A DNA stretch of 64,000 bases from Clostridia bacterium (GCA_017435905.1 JAFSEB010000040.1:3796-67795), one strand, 5' to 3'; counted from the stretch's first letter, positions 15,275 to 26,347 are shown. The notes: a model not told the origin generated them from the sequence alone. Translations and numbers: made by a program.

Positions 15275-15425
15275 CGGCATTACCTCCGTAGCTGATAGAA
15301 AAACAGTAACACAACAACACGCACAATTCAACCGAAAAGATTGTAAACAACGCACGGGGATTGCCTTTCCCTGCGCTTGTTGCTATACTGAAACCAATTC
15401 ATGAAAGAAAAAAGGAGCGTTTTTT

Positions 15426-16205
15426 ATGGCACGAGTGTTGGATAAAGAAGCCATTCTTGCACGGCTTTCCGCCCTTCCCGGCGCAGTGGGTTTTTACTAT
15501 AAGGATCTTTTGACCGGCGAGGAGCTCGGCTTCAATGAAAACGAGGAATATGAAGCTGCCAGCGTCATCAAACTGCCCATGTTTGCGGCGGCGGCAAAGC
15601 TGGTGAGCGAAGGCAGGGCAAGCTGGGAAGATCAGCTTCTTTGCAAGGCGGAGGACAGGGTGCCCTCCTGCGGCGTGCTGCGCTTTTTTGACGATGGCAT
15701 CAAGGCTTCCCTGAAGACACTTTGTGCGCTGATGATCACCATCAGCGACAACATGGCCACCAACATCATCATGCGCCATTTCGGCATTGAGAAGCTCAAT
15801 GAAGAGTTCCGTGCCATGGGCCTCCAAAAGACCCACATCGAGCGGCTTCTTTTCGACAGCAAGGCCGGCGCCGAGGGCAAGCAGAACAAGATCGTCCCCA
15901 AGGAGATGGGCATGCTGCTGGAGCAGGTGTGGCGGCATGAGTTTATCGATGAAGCCACCTCCGAAACGGTGGAGGAGATCCTTCTTGAGCAGCAGATCAA
16001 CCACAAGATCCCCGGCTACCTGCCCGGGCATATCGACGTGGCGCACAAGACCGGCGAGGACAGCGGCATCACCAACGATGTGGCGGTGGTCTACGCCAAG
16101 GAACCCTTCGTGATGTGCGTTGCCACCAACCGCACCGATACCACGGCAGCGGAGATCGCCATGCGTGAGATCGCCCTGATGCTGGTGGGGGACGAAGAGG
16201 AATAA
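15426..16205 (+). CDS. Class A beta-lactamase-family serine hydrolase
   Basis: 259 aa with SVIK (SxxK), ISDN (SDN) and HKTG (KTG) motifs in the canonical order. There is no signal peptide, so it may not be a true secreted beta-lactamase. Confidence 0.75.
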   Translation: MARVLDKEAILARLSALPGAVGFYYKDLLTGEELGFNENEEYEAASVIKLPMFAAAAKLVSEGRASWEDQLLCKAEDRVPSCGVLRFFDDGIKASLKTLCALMITISDNMATNIIMRHFGIEKLNEEFRAMGLQKTHIERLLFDSKAGAEGKQNKIVPKEMGMLLEQVWRHEFIDEATSETVEEILLEQQINHKIPGYLPGHIDVAHKTGEDSGITNDVAVVYAKEPFVMCVATNRTDTTAAEIAMREIALMLVGDEEE

Positions 16206-16231
16206 AAGCATATTGTTTCGGAAAAAGAAAA

Positions 16232-16263
16232 AGCGCAGAAGTTCGATCGCTTCTGCGCTTTTA
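16232..16263. terminator. Bidirectional terminator
   Basis: AGCGCAGAAG (16232-16241) pairs with CTTCTGCGCT (16250-16259). It is flanked by A-rich and T-rich runs and sits between convergent genes. Confidence 0.55.
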
Positions 16264-16515
16264 TTCTGTTTTTTCTTCCTGCCCGAGCAGCCACAGTACC
16301 GACACCCCGAGCACCTTTGCAAATACCATCAGCTCATAATCCGCCACGAAGCGGTCTCCCGTTTCGATCTTGCTGATGGCTTCCCGTTCAATGAGCACGC
16401 CGTTCACCTGCATACGGGCAGCAAGATCGGCTTGCGACAGCCTGAGCATGCTGCGCCGCTGGTGGATCCTGTCACCGCAAAGGTTCTTTTCCCCTGCATA
16501 ATCGTAGATCTTCAA
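16261..16515 (-). CDS. XRE-family HTH transcriptional regulator
   Basis: ...RIHQRRSMLRLSQADLAARMQVNGVLIEREAISKIETGDR... is a Cro/C1-type HTH. The preferred start is TTG 16515, 5 nt after GGAGGTG. The alternative ATG 16548 lacks an RBS. Confidence 0.65.
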   Translation of the reverse strand: MKIYDYAGEKNLCGDRIHQRRSMLRLSQADLAARMQVNGVLIEREAISKIETGDRFVADYELMVFAKVLGVSVLWLLGQEEKTE

Positions 16516-16633
16516 GGCTTCACCTCCAATTTGCCTTGACGATACCATCGTTTTCGCATTATCTTGTAATAAAGATTTACAGATGATAAGAAAATGATAC
16601 AAAAAGAGAACGATTCGCACAGGGGAGAGGAAA

Positions 16634-17110
16634 ATGAAGGAAAAGACCTGCTGCTTCAGCGGACACAGGATTTTGCCTGCGGATGAGACCGGTGAGATCA
16701 GAAACCGTATAATCAATGCGGTGCGGGAACTGGTACAGCGATATGATGTCCGCTATTTTGGTGTGGGTGGGGCGATCGGTTTTGATATGCTTGCGGCAGA
16801 GACCTTGTTTGAACTTAGGGATGGCGAGTTTCCGCATATCAAAGTGATCCTCGTGTATCCCTTTCCGGGTTATAACGAAAACTGGAGCACGGCACAAAAA
16901 AACAGGCTTCGCATGCTGCTGCCGAAATTTGATAAAACGGTATGCGTTTCACAGCATGGCAGCCGTGAAGCCTATCTTGCAAGAAACAGGCACCTTGTTG
17001 ACAATGCAAAATTCTGCATTGTTTACTGCAATAAGAAAAGCGGCGGCACGGCATATACGCTTTGGTATGCAAAGGCAAAGGGCGCAGCGGTGTATAACCC
17101 GGCGCAGTGA
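16634..17110 (+). CDS. DUF1273 / YpsA-like SLOG-family protein
   Basis: 158 aa. The N-terminal CCFSGHR motif and ...GGAIGFDMLAAE...GGTAYT... are typical of the DUF1273 family. It is divergent from the XRE gene. Confidence 0.65.
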   Translation: MKEKTCCFSGHRILPADETGEIRNRIINAVRELVQRYDVRYFGVGGAIGFDMLAAETLFELRDGEFPHIKVILVYPFPGYNENWSTAQKNRLRMLLPKFDKTVCVSQHGSREAYLARNRHLVDNAKFCIVYCNKKSGGTAYTLWYAKAKGAAVYNPAQ

Positions 17111-17243
17111 GCCGCATTGTTGCGCCATTCCCTAAATACCATACCAATTCATCCGCTGCCGCTTGCCTTTTCCGCTTTGTTGTGATATCTTCTAATATAT
17201 ATGCCGAAAGATCGGTACAAGACAGAAAAAGGGGACTTTTTTT

Positions 17244-18476
17244 ATGATGAGAAACGCATATGACGTGCTGGAAGAACGCGGCTTTATCAAGCAGTCTTCC
17301 CATCCCGAAGAGCTCAAGGAGCTTTTGAGCAAGGAAAGCGTCACTTTTTATATCGGCTTTGATCCCACGGCGGACAGCCTTCACATCGGTCACTATGTGG
17401 CGCTGATGACCATGGCCCACATGCAGCGCTGCGGCCATAGGCCCATCGTGCTGCTGGGCGGCGGCACCGCTGCCATCGGCGATCCCTCCGGCAAAACGGA
17501 TATGCGCCGCATGATGACCATGGAAGAGCTGGACCACAACGCCTCCTGCTTCCAGAAGCAGATGGCAAGGCTCATCAACTTCGAGGGCGAAAATGCCGCC
17601 ATCCTCGCCAACAACGCAGAGTGGCTCCGCAGCCTCAACTTCCTTGAGTTCATGCGTGATATCGGCGTGCACTTCTCCGTGAACCAGATGCTTCGTGCGG
17701 AATGCTACAAGCAGCGCATGGAGCGCGGTCTCACCTTCTTTGAAATGGGCTACATGCTCATGCAGAGCTACGACTTCCTTATGCTCAACCGCAAGCACGG
17801 CTGCGTGCTGCAGATGGGCGGCGATGACCAGTGGTCCAACATCCTCGGCGGTGCAGACCTCATCCGCCGCAAGGAGCGCAAGGCTGCCTACGCCCTGACC
17901 ACCGCCCTTCTTACCACCAGCGAAGGCAAGAAGATGGGCAAGACCGAAAAGGGCGCCCTGTGGCTCGACCCCGAAAAGACCAGCGTGTACGATTTCTATC
18001 AGTACTGGCGCAACGTGGACGATGCGGACGTGAAGAAGTGCCTGAGCCTTCTCACCTTCATCCCCATGGACGAAGTCAACGCCATGACCGCCGAGGGCGG
18101 TGCGGCGCTCAACGCTGCCAAGCGTACCCTTGCCTTCACCCTCACCGCACAGGTGCACGGCGAAGAGGAAGCCAGGAAAGCCCAGCAGGCGGCGGAAGCC
18201 CTCTTCGGCGGCGGCGGCAACCTTGACAACATGCCCACCGTCACCCTGACGGCAGCGGATGTGGAAGCCACCGGGCTGAAGGTGGTGGATCTTCTTGTGA
18301 TGGGCAAGCTCTGCAAGAGCAAGAGCGATGCACGCCGCATGATCGAAAGCGGTGCGGTGCTCATGGATGACGAAAAGGTCACCGATGTGGCTGCGGCGGC
18401 GGATGCTTCCAGGCTGCAGGGCGGCATCGTCCTCAAGAAGGGCAAGAAGAGCTACGTCCGTATCATCGGCGAATAA
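17244..18476 (+). CDS. tyrS: Tyrosine--tRNA ligase
   Basis: 410 aa with HIGH-type motif SLHIGHY, KMSKS-type KMGKT, and a C-terminal S4-like domain. Confidence 0.95.
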   Translation: MMRNAYDVLEERGFIKQSSHPEELKELLSKESVTFYIGFDPTADSLHIGHYVALMTMAHMQRCGHRPIVLLGGGTAAIGDPSGKTDMRRMMTMEELDHNASCFQKQMARLINFEGENAAILANNAEWLRSLNFLEFMRDIGVHFSVNQMLRAECYKQRMERGLTFFEMGYMLMQSYDFLMLNRKHGCVLQMGGDDQWSNILGGADLIRRKERKAAYALTTALLTTSEGKKMGKTEKGALWLDPEKTSVYDFYQYWRNVDDADVKKCLSLLTFIPMDEVNAMTAEGGAALNAAKRTLAFTLTAQVHGEEEARKAQQAAEALFGGGGNLDNMPTVTLTAADVEATGLKVVDLLVMGKLCKSKSDARRMIESGAVLMDDEKVTDVAAAADASRLQGGIVLKKGKKSYVRIIGE

Positions 18477-18499
18477 GTTTTATCCTCAAAAACCGGAAG

Positions 18500-18524
18500 G
18501 GGCGCAGCTACGCCCCTTTCTTTC
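18500..18524 (+). terminator. Rho-independent terminator after tyrS
   Basis: GGGGCG-CAGCTA-CGCCCC followed by TTTCTTT. Confidence 0.55.
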
Positions 18525-18546
18525 ATCCCTGCGGAAAGGAAGAAAT

Positions 18547-19188
18547 ATGGACGCTTTCAAGACCATCGCCCGTGCCTCGGAAGAGGAATACATCATCAAC
18601 CGCTCCCGCTTTATCGGCCGCTGCTACCCCGTGGAAACGGAGGAGGAAGCCCTTTCCATCCTTGCCGCCATCCGCAAGCAGCATTACGATGCCACCCACA
18701 ACTGCTATGCCTACCGGGTGGGCAAACGGGGTGAGACCGCACGCTTTTCCGATGACGGGGAGCCCTCCGGCACCGCCGGCATGCCCATGATGGAGGTTTT
18801 GACCATGAGCGGTGTTACCAATGTGCTTTGCATCGTGACACGCTATTTCGGCGGCATCCTGCTTGGGGCAGGCGGGCTTGTGCGTGCCTATGCAAAGGGG
18901 GCGGCGGAGGCGGTGCGTGCCGCCGGCGTCATGTACCACATTCCCGGCACCGCCATCGAATTCACGGTGGATTACGGCCGCTACGGTGCGGTGGAAGCCT
19001 ATGTCCGCCAGAATGCGCAGGTGGATGATATCGAGTTTTCCGAAAATGTGAAGATCCGTGTGCTGGTGGAAAGCGGCTGTGCGGAAAGCTTCCAAAAGGA
19101 GATCATTGAGCGCACGGACGGACGTGCCGTGCCTGCCGTGACCGGCGAGGGCTATCTGATCCGCCCGGAAGGTGGGGAAAAATCGTAA
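18547..19188 (+). CDS. YigZ / IMPACT-family protein
   Basis: Start ATG 18547. The motifs are YIINRSRFIGRCYPV, ATHNCYAY and SDDGEPSGTAGMPMMEVL. Confidence 0.8.
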   Translation: MDAFKTIARASEEEYIINRSRFIGRCYPVETEEEALSILAAIRKQHYDATHNCYAYRVGKRGETARFSDDGEPSGTAGMPMMEVLTMSGVTNVLCIVTRYFGGILLGAGGLVRAYAKGAAEAVRAAGVMYHIPGTAIEFTVDYGRYGAVEAYVRQNAQVDDIEFSENVKIRVLVESGCAESFQKEIIERTDGRAVPAVTGEGYLIRPEGGEKS

Positions 19189-19274
19189 ACAATTTGTGCG
19201 CCGCTTTCAAAGCGGCGCAATTTCGTGTATAATAGAATACTGAAAGATTCTGTTCTGTTAAGGAGTTAAAATAG

Positions 19275-20993
19275 ATGATGCTGCGCATGAAAAAACGGCT
19301 TGCCCTTCTCGCCGCCCTGCTGATGGCGGTGCTGCTTTCGGGCAGCGCCCTTGCCGCCGAGATCACCGGCAGCTCCACCCCGGAATCCCTTTCCGCTTCC
19401 GGCAACGTTACCTTCACCTTCAACATCAAAAACACCGGCGAAGCGGATATGACGGATATCCGCATCCTTTACAACGGCAGCGATTTCTTCTCCACCGCCG
19501 ATGTGACCATTGCCCCCGGCGAAACGAAGAGCTTCACAAGCTCGCCGCTGTCCGTGCCGGATGCCCTCATCGGGCAGCCCATTGCCTTTGATGTTACATG
19601 GAACGAAAACGGCGAAAGCAAAAACGCCGCCCCCACGGTCACGGTGCTCAAAAGCGGCGGCACCCTTGGAAATGATCCCCTTGCGCCGCAGCTGCCCCAG
19701 AGCATTTCCGTCACAGCATCCCGCACGGTGAGCGCATCGCAGGCATCCACCGGCGAGGTCATCACCCTCACCTATACCGTCACCAACTCCGGCACCGTTG
19801 CCGTTACCGGCGTTTCCATCACCGATAAGGAGATCGGCGGCAGGGAACCCATGGTGAAGGATATCACCGTGGAGCCGGGCATCCCCTATGTATATACCCA
19901 CGAATATAAAATGGGCAGCTCCACCGTTACAAGCGCCCCCGTTATCGCCTACAAAATGCCCGACGGCACCGACGGTAAGGTCACCGTTTCCGAAAAGGTG
20001 CTGGGCATGGTCAAATCCCGTCTGGATGTGACCGTGACGCCGGGCACCGCCACCGCAGAGGGGCAGAGCTTTTCCCTGACCCTCACCAACAACGGCAACC
20101 AGCGCATCAGCAAGATCAGCGTGAAGGATGAGCTTGGCGTCGTGGTGGCGGAAGGCTTCCAGCTTGCCATCGGCGAAAGCAAGACCCTCACCCACACCGT
20201 GCCCACCACCGAGGCACGCAACGTGGTCTTCTACATCGAGGGCGTTGACGGCGTGAAGCAGCAGTATTCCGACAAAACGGAAAGCTATCCCGTCCGTGCG
20301 TACATCGACCCTGCCCTCATCGGCATCGACTTTTCCGCTGAGGTGGTGGAGACGCTCAACAGCGCAGGCTCCATCACCGTTAACTTCACCGTTACCAATA
20401 CCGGCTCCCTTACCATGCAGAACATGGTTTTGACGGAGCAGGAATACGGCGAGGTGCACAGGCTTGAATCCTTTGCCCCCGGCACGGAAAACATCAACGC
20501 CAAGGTGCATGTGGGCACGCCGAGGGACCTTGTGTTCACCCTGTCGCTCCTTGACCCTTCCGGCAACGAGTATACTTACACCGCCAATATCACCGCAGAC
20601 TATGTGGGCACCGTCACCGAACAGGCGCCGGAAGCCCCTGTACCGGAGGAGGAAGGCGACCTTATTGCAGAGGTGGGCTCTTCCGTCAGCAGTGCTTTGC
20701 GCACGGTGCTCATCGTGCTTGGCATTCTGACGGTGATCGCCCTTGCGGCGCTTCTCATCCTTTCCTCCCTTGAAAAGAAGGAACGGGCACGCCTTGCACG
20801 CCGCCGTGCCATCCGTGAACGCAAGCTCCGTGAGCAGGCGCTGGAGGAAGCCAACGCCCTTGCCCGGGGTGCAAACCGCACCGCACCTTCCGCAAGCGGC
20901 AGCACCCAGCGCATTCCGCCCGTAAGCGGCAATGCGCCCCGTGCGCCCCATGACGGCGGCAGCACCACACGGGTGCCCCCTACAAGGAAATAA
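19275..20993 (+). CDS. Cell-surface protein with repeated DUF11/CARDB-like beta-sandwich domains, a signal peptide and a C-terminal TM anchor
   Basis: The signal peptide is MKKRLALLAALLMAVLLSGSALA. Modules of about 100 aa recur (..VTFTFNIKNTGEADM.., ..ITLTYTVTNSGTVAV.., ..FSLTLTNNGNQRI.., ..ITVNFTVTNTGSLTM..). The C-terminus has the TM VLIVLGILTVIALAALLILSSL plus a basic tail. Confidence 0.7.
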   Translation: MMLRMKKRLALLAALLMAVLLSGSALAAEITGSSTPESLSASGNVTFTFNIKNTGEADMTDIRILYNGSDFFSTADVTIAPGETKSFTSSPLSVPDALIGQPIAFDVTWNENGESKNAAPTVTVLKSGGTLGNDPLAPQLPQSISVTASRTVSASQASTGEVITLTYTVTNSGTVAVTGVSITDKEIGGREPMVKDITVEPGIPYVYTHEYKMGSSTVTSAPVIAYKMPDGTDGKVTVSEKVLGMVKSRLDVTVTPGTATAEGQSFSLTLTNNGNQRISKISVKDELGVVVAEGFQLAIGESKTLTHTVPTTEARNVVFYIEGVDGVKQQYSDKTESYPVRAYIDPALIGIDFSAEVVETLNSAGSITVNFTVTNTGSLTMQNMVLTEQEYGEVHRLESFAPGTENINAKVHVGTPRDLVFTLSLLDPSGNEYTYTANITADYVGTVTEQAPEAPVPEEEGDLIAEVGSSVSSALRTVLIVLGILTVIALAALLILSSLEKKERARLARRRAIRERKLREQALEEANALARGANRTAPSASGSTQRIPPVSGNAPRAPHDGGSTTRVPPTRK

Positions 20994-21013
20994 AAACCGC
21001 ATAAGGAAATGAA

Positions 21014-21044
21014 AATGCCCCGCATCGAAAGGATGCGGGGCATT
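21014..21044. terminator. Terminator hairpin between convergent genes
   Basis: AATGCCCCGCATC-GAAAG-GATGCGGGGCATT. Confidence 0.55.
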
Positions 21045-21056
21045 GCTTATACTTTT

Positions 21057-21587
21057 TTACCTGCAGAACAGCTCGATATAAGTATCGATGGATTCCTGAA
21101 TGACACGCACGGCGGCGGCACGGTCCTGAATTTCATCGGTGACAGTCTGCTTGCGCTCAAGGGACTTGTACACCTGGAAGAAGTGGGACATTTCGTTGAA
21201 CACGTGGCGGGGGATCTCGGAAATGTCGTGGTAGCTGTTGTAGGTGGGATCCTCAAAGGGGATGGCGATGATCTTGTCATCCGCAAAGCCGTTGTCCATC
21301 ATGCTGATCATGCCGATGGGGTAGCAGTGCACAAGGGTCATGGGCTGGATGGGCTCGGAGCAAAGCACGAGAACATCAAGGGGGTCCTTATCCGCTGCAT
21401 AGGTACGGGGAATGAAGCCGTAGTTGGCAGGGTAGTGGGTGGAGGTGTAGAGCACACGGTCCAGGCGAAGAATGCCGGTTTCCTTGTCAAGTTCATACTT
21501 GGTCTTGCTGCCCTTGGCGATCTCGATGACAGCGAGAAAATCTTCCTGCTTGATGCGCTTGGGGGAGATATCGTGCCAAATGTTCAT
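21057..21587 (-). CDS. ppa: Inorganic pyrophosphatase (family I)
   Basis: MNIWHDISP..., AVIEIAKGSKTKYELD and YPANYGFIPRT...DKDPLDVLVL are family I PPase signatures. Start ATG 21587 is preferred over TTG 21614. Confidence 0.9.
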   Translation of the reverse strand: MNIWHDISPKRIKQEDFLAVIEIAKGSKTKYELDKETGILRLDRVLYTSTHYPANYGFIPRTYAADKDPLDVLVLCSEPIQPMTLVHCYPIGMISMMDNGFADDKIIAIPFEDPTYNSYHDISEIPRHVFNEMSHFFQVYKSLERKQTVTDEIQDRAAAVRVIQESIDTYIELFCR

Positions 21588-21794
21588 ATCGACAGATGCC
21601 GCTCCTTTTTTCAATATGATTGATGTATGTAATACATTATATCACCGTATTCGATGGATAGCAAGAAGCGGCGGTGCATGGAGAACGGTAAAAACGCATA
21701 GAATAAAGCTGAAGAAAGGAAGGACAGCAGCGGAAAAATGCAGCGCTGCCGCCCGAAACGGAAACCGATCATAAAAAGAAAGGCTGACCTTGCC

Positions 21795-22277
21795 ATGAAA
21801 ACCGAACGGAACAAGCTGAAACACATTTTGATCGCCGTGGCTTTGCCCCTTGCGGTGGGCGGACTTGCGGCGCTTCTTACCAAAAACAGCATGGATATTT
21901 ATGATGATATCGTTAAGCCCGCCTTTGCGCCGCCGGGGAAGCTGTTCCCCTTTGTGTGGGGTGCGCTGTACCTGCTGATGGGCATCGGCAGCTATCTTGT
22001 GTACAAAGCGGATGCACCCACGGCGCAGCGAAACGGCGCCCTTGTGCCATACGGGCTGCAGCTTCTTGTGAACTTCTTCTGGCCGCTGCTGTTTTTCAAG
22101 CTGCAGGCGTTCCTGTTTGCCTTCGTGTGGCTGCTGCTGCTCCTGTTCCTTGTGATCGCCATGATACTTGCGTTCATGAAGGTATCAAAGACCGCCGCAT
22201 GGCTGCAGCTGCCCTATGCGCTGTGGGCAGGGTTTGCGGCGTGCCTCAACTTTGCCGTTTGGTATCTGAACCGCTGA
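21795..22277 (+). CDS. TspO/MBR-family tryptophan-rich sensory protein
   Basis: Five-TM protein with KPAFAPPG, FVWGALYLLMGIGSY, NFFWPLLFF and LPYALWAGFAACLNFAVW. Confidence 0.8.
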   Translation: MKTERNKLKHILIAVALPLAVGGLAALLTKNSMDIYDDIVKPAFAPPGKLFPFVWGALYLLMGIGSYLVYKADAPTAQRNGALVPYGLQLLVNFFWPLLFFKLQAFLFAFVWLLLLLFLVIAMILAFMKVSKTAAWLQLPYALWAGFAACLNFAVWYLNR

Positions 22278-22962
22278 GGGGCACCACCTCGCACACCGTC
22301 AGCATGCCGTCCTTCACACGGAAGCGCACATCAAACCCGGCGAACTCGAAGCCGTAGCGCTCATTGGGATCGTTTCGGTAGGCAGGGCGTGGGTCCTGCG
22401 CCAGGGATGCCTTGAGGGCATCCCGTTTTTCCGCCGGGATCATGGACAGCCATTCCTCCGGGAATTCCACATCAAGGGAATAGGCATACTTTTCGCCGGC
22501 AAAGCCATCGAGCGCATCGGGATGGGAATCGGTAAAGGTCAGGTAGGGCTTGATGTCGTAAATGGGGGTGCCGTTCATCAGGTCCGCACCGGAAACGATG
22601 AGCACCGTGCCAAGGTTCGGCCTTTCCTCCATGCGGAGGAGCTTCACGCTTGAAAGCCCGATGGGGTTCGGGCGGAAGGGGGAACGGGTGGCGAACACGC
22701 CCATGCGCTTGTTGCCGCCAAGGCGGGGCGGCTTCACCATGGGCGACCAGCCTTCCTTTTCCACCATGGAAAAGCCCCAGATGAGCCAGATGTGGGAATA
22801 TCCATCAAGCCCCCGAAGGGCGTTGCGGTCACGGTATTCGCTTTCAAAGACGATCATGCACTCCTGCTCGGGCACAAGACCGCTTTGCCTTGGGATGCCG
22901 AATTTGGTGGTAAAATCGCTTTTGATGCGTGCAATGACTTTGAGTTCAACACTATCGCGCAT
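22246..22962 (-). CDS. trmO: TsaA/YaeB-family tRNA methyltransferase (TrmO-like)
   Basis: Motifs are KFGIPRQSGL, SHIWLIWGFS, PPRLGGNKRMGVFATRSPFRPNPIGLS and a C-terminal extension. Confidence 0.75.
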   Translation of the reverse strand: MRDSVELKVIARIKSDFTTKFGIPRQSGLVPEQECMIVFESEYRDRNALRGLDGYSHIWLIWGFSMVEKEGWSPMVKPPRLGGNKRMGVFATRSPFRPNPIGLSSVKLLRMEERPNLGTVLIVSGADLMNGTPIYDIKPYLTFTDSHPDALDGFAGEKYAYSLDVEFPEEWLSMIPAEKRDALKASLAQDPRPAYRNDPNERYGFEFAGFDVRFRVKDGMLTVCEVVPLSGSDTKRQS

Positions 22963-23229
22963 GGTCGTCCTTCCGCGCCCAAAGGGGCGCTTTTTTCTTG
23001 CTTTTCTTCATTTTACCCCCTTCCGCCGGGAAAGAAAAGGGTGTGGATTAAGCACACGTTATGGGAAAAGCGGTTTTCGGGCAAATATTGTATCATTTTT
23101 TCATCGCAGAGCGAAGAAAGTGCCTACCTTTTGGAGGAAATATGGTTTACAATAATAGTGTGTATATTATAAATATGATGAGCCGGCAGGAACAGCCCCT
23201 GCCGAAAGAAGAACAAGAGGTGAATAACG

Positions 23230-25074
23230 ATGCGGAAACATCTGGATGAAACGGCGGTGTACCTGTTCAATCAGGGCAAAAACGCCTACGCCTACAGGGA
23301 GCTTGGCTGCCACCGTGTCGATGAAGAATCCGATACATACCGTTTTGCCGTTTGGGCGCCAAATGCCCACGCTGTGAGCGTGGTGGGCAGCTTTAACGGT
23401 TACGATGCTTTTGCCGCACCCATGGAGCGCTTCGGCGAAACCGGCGTGTGGTGCTGCTGCGTCGAACATGTACATAAGGGTGATACCTACAAGTTCGCCA
23501 TTCAGACTGCAAACGGCCAGATGCTTTACAAGGCGGATCCCTTTGCGGTCTATGCCCAGCACCGACCCGATACCGCCTCCGTGGTGTGGGATGGCGAGGA
23601 CTATATCTGGAGGGATGCTGCCCACATGGAGGCACGCCGCCGTGCAAATGCCCACACCGCCCCCATGAGCATTTACGAGGTGCATCTTGGCTCCTGGCGC
23701 AAGGGGCTTGATTACGATGCCCTTGCTTATCAGCTTGTGAACTATCTCGTCGAGATGGGCTATACCCATGTGGAGCTGATGCCCCTTTCCGAATATCCCC
23801 TTGATGACAGCTGGGGCTATCAGGTCACGGGCTATTATGCCATCACATCACGCTACGGCACGCCGGAACAGTTCAAAGCCCTTGTGGATGCCTGCCACCG
23901 TGCCGGCATCGGCGTGATCCTTGACTGGGTGCCTGCCCACTTCACAAAGGATGCCCACGGGCTGCGCCGCTTTGACGGCACCGCCCTTTTTGAGCACCCC
24001 GACCCCCGCCGGGGCGAACAGCCGGAGTGGGGCACCATGGTGTTCGACCTTTCCCGCAGCGAGGTCAGGGGCTTCCTGATCTCCAATGCCGTGTTCCTTT
24101 TGAAGGAATACCATATCGACGGCCTTCGGGTGGATGCGGTAAGCAGCATGCTGTACCTTGATTACGGTCACGGCAGCGATTTCCTGCCCAACGAGGAGGG
24201 CGGCAGGGAAAACCTGCACGCCATCAGCTTCTTTAAAGAGCTTTCCGAGACCGTGCACAGGGAGTGCCCCGGTGCGCTCCTGATCGCAGAGGAAAGCACC
24301 GCCTTCCCCCGTGTGACGGGCAAGGTGGAAGAGGGCGGACTCGGCTTTGACTTCAAGTGGAACATGGGCTGGATGAACGACACCCTTTCCTACTGCAAGC
24401 TGGACAGCATCTACCGCCAATACCACCACGATAAGCTGACCTTCTCCATGTGCTACGCCTTTTCGGAGCACTATACGCTGCCCTTTTCCCATGATGAGGT
24501 GGTGCACCTGAAAAACTCCCTCATCGGCCGCTTCCCCGGCAGCTATGATGAAATGTTCATGCAGCTTCGCATGCTCTATATGTACCAGTATGCCCACCCC
24601 GGCAAGAAGCTGCTGTTCATGGGCGGTGAGTTCGGCCAGTTTGCGGAGTGGGATTTCCGCCGCAGCCTTGACTGGCACCTGCTCGATTATCCCCAGCATG
24701 CGGCGCTGCGGGAATTTGTCAAATCCCTCAACCGCCTTTACAGGAACACCCCTGCCCTCTATTCCCGTGATGACGGCTGGGAGGGCTTCGAGTGGCGCAG
24801 CGTGGATGATGCTGCCCAAAGCGTCATCGCCTTCAGCCGCTTCGGGGAGGATGGGGAGATCCTCTGCTGCTATAACTTCACCCCCGTGGCACGCATGCCC
24901 TACGGCATCCCCCTCAGGAAGGAAGCAAAGCTGACAAGGCTGCTTTCCTCCAAACTGACGGATGCCCCTGCCACCTTGATGACGGAGCATGCGGAGGATG
25001 GCAGCATTTATGCGCCCATTCCCCTTTCCGGATTTGAAGCTGTATTTTACCGGGTGGAATATACCGGGAAATGA
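23230..25074 (+). CDS. glgB: 1,4-alpha-glucan branching enzyme
   Basis: 614 aa of GH13 type with GIGVILDWVPAHF, DGLRVDAVSSMLY, LIAEEST and SHDEVVH. It is the first gene of a glg operon. Confidence 0.95.
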   Translation: MRKHLDETAVYLFNQGKNAYAYRELGCHRVDEESDTYRFAVWAPNAHAVSVVGSFNGYDAFAAPMERFGETGVWCCCVEHVHKGDTYKFAIQTANGQMLYKADPFAVYAQHRPDTASVVWDGEDYIWRDAAHMEARRRANAHTAPMSIYEVHLGSWRKGLDYDALAYQLVNYLVEMGYTHVELMPLSEYPLDDSWGYQVTGYYAITSRYGTPEQFKALVDACHRAGIGVILDWVPAHFTKDAHGLRRFDGTALFEHPDPRRGEQPEWGTMVFDLSRSEVRGFLISNAVFLLKEYHIDGLRVDAVSSMLYLDYGHGSDFLPNEEGGRENLHAISFFKELSETVHRECPGALLIAEESTAFPRVTGKVEEGGLGFDFKWNMGWMNDTLSYCKLDSIYRQYHHDKLTFSMCYAFSEHYTLPFSHDEVVHLKNSLIGRFPGSYDEMFMQLRMLYMYQYAHPGKKLLFMGGEFGQFAEWDFRRSLDWHLLDYPQHAALREFVKSLNRLYRNTPALYSRDDGWEGFEWRSVDDAAQSVIAFSRFGEDGEILCCYNFTPVARMPYGIPLRKEAKLTRLLSSKLTDAPATLMTEHAEDGSIYAPIPLSGFEAVFYRVEYTGK

Positions 25075-25117
25075 TCCATAAACAGGACACCACAAATCAC
25101 ATTCAGGAGGAACGCGC

Positions 25118-26344
25118 ATGATCAAGAAACGCATGGTCGCAATGCTGCTGGCGGGCGGCCAGGGCACACGTCTCGGCGTGCTTACCAACCGCACCGCAAA
25201 ACCTGCAGTCCCCTTCGGCGGAAAATACCGCATCATCGATTTTCCGCTCTCAAATTGTGTCAATTCCGGCATTGACACGGTGGGTGTCCTCACCCAGTAT
25301 GAGCCCCTTGAACTCAACAGCTACCTTGGCAACGGCAGCGCATGGGACCTTGACCGCACCACCGGCGGCGTTTACGTGCTGCCGCCCTATGTATCCGGTT
25401 CCACCGGCGAATGGTATTCCGGCACCGCCAACGCCATCTGCCAGAACATGGCATTCATTGAGCAGTATTCCCCCGAATATGTGCTCATCCTTTCCGGCGA
25501 CCATATCTACAAGATGGATTATGCCGACATGCTCAAGCACCATGTGGAAAAGGGTGCGGATGCCACCATCGCCGTGCTGGAAGTCCCCATGGAGGAAGCC
25601 CACCGCTTCGGCATCATGAACACGGACGGGGAAAGCCGCATTGTGGAATTTGAAGAGAAGCCCAAGCACCCCAAGAGCAACAACGCTTCCATGGGCATCT
25701 ACATCTTCAACTGGCCGGTGCTGCGTGCTTACCTTGCGGAGGATAACAAGGATACCGCCTCCGCCCACGATTTCGGCAAGAACATCATTCCCAAAATGCT
25801 CAACAGCGGCAAGCGCATGTTCGCCTACCGCTTCAAGGGCTATTGGAAGGATGTGGGTACCGTGCAGAGCCTTTGGGAGGCCAACATGGACCTCATCGAG
25901 GAAAAGCCGGAGCTTGACCTGAACGATAAGGAATGGCGCATCTACAGCCGCAGCGCCATTTTGCCTGCCCACTACCTGGGCAAGGAAAGCAGCGTTTGCC
26001 GCTCCATCATCACCGAGGGCTGCTATGTGGATGGCAGCGTATCCCACAGCGTGCTCTTCTCCGGCGCCAACATCGGCGAGGGCGCCGTGGTGAAGGATTC
26101 CGTGGTGCTGCCCGGCGCACGCATCGGCGCAAATGCGGTGGTAACAAAGGCCATCATCGGCGAAAACGCCGTGGTGGGCGACGGCGCCGTGCTTGGTGCC
26201 GCACCGGAAGAAGGGGAAAGCTACGATACCTCCCTTACCGGGGATATCACCCTTGTTGCAAGCAATACCGCCATCCGGCAGGGGGCAAGGGTGCCCGCCG
26301 GCATGATCGTCAATCAGGACATTATCGGCAGCAAGGAGGGCTAA
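25118..26344 (+). CDS. glgC: Glucose-1-phosphate adenylyltransferase
   Basis: Motifs are [29 protein letters not shown] and [10 protein letters not shown], with left-handed beta-helix repeats at the C-terminus. Confidence 0.95.
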   Translation: MIKKRMVAMLLAGGQGTRLGVLTNRTAKPAVPFGGKYRIIDFPLSNCVNSGIDTVGVLTQYEPLELNSYLGNGSAWDLDRTTGGVYVLPPYVSGSTGEWYSGTANAICQNMAFIEQYSPEYVLILSGDHIYKMDYADMLKHHVEKGADATIAVLEVPMEEAHRFGIMNTDGESRIVEFEEKPKHPKSNNASMGIYIFNWPVLRAYLAEDNKDTASAHDFGKNIIPKMLNSGKRMFAYRFKGYWKDVGTVQSLWEANMDLIEEKPELDLNDKEWRIYSRSAILPAHYLGKESSVCRSIITEGCYVDGSVSHSVLFSGANIGEGAVVKDSVVLPGARIGANAVVTKAIIGENAVVGDGAVLGAAPEEGESYDTSLTGDITLVASNTAIRQGARVPAGMIVNQDIIGSKEG

Positions 26345-26347
26345 ACC

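Noticed and set aside
13979-15295. 438-aa + strand ORF opposite the lipoprotein gene
   Set aside because: It is a shadow ORF. The - strand frame has a signal peptide, lipobox and RBS, whereas the + frame is Gly/Arg/His-rich.
17111-17243. T-box leader upstream of tyrS
   Set aside because: The gap is only 133 nt, and it lacks the conserved T-box sequence (..GGTGGTACCGCG..) and a specifier-loop architecture.
16839-21002. Long - strand ORFs opposite tyrS (16839-18158), yigZ and the surface protein (19266-21002)
   Set aside because: They are antisense to genes with unmistakable motifs (HIGH/KMSKS and others), and their composition is non-protein-like.
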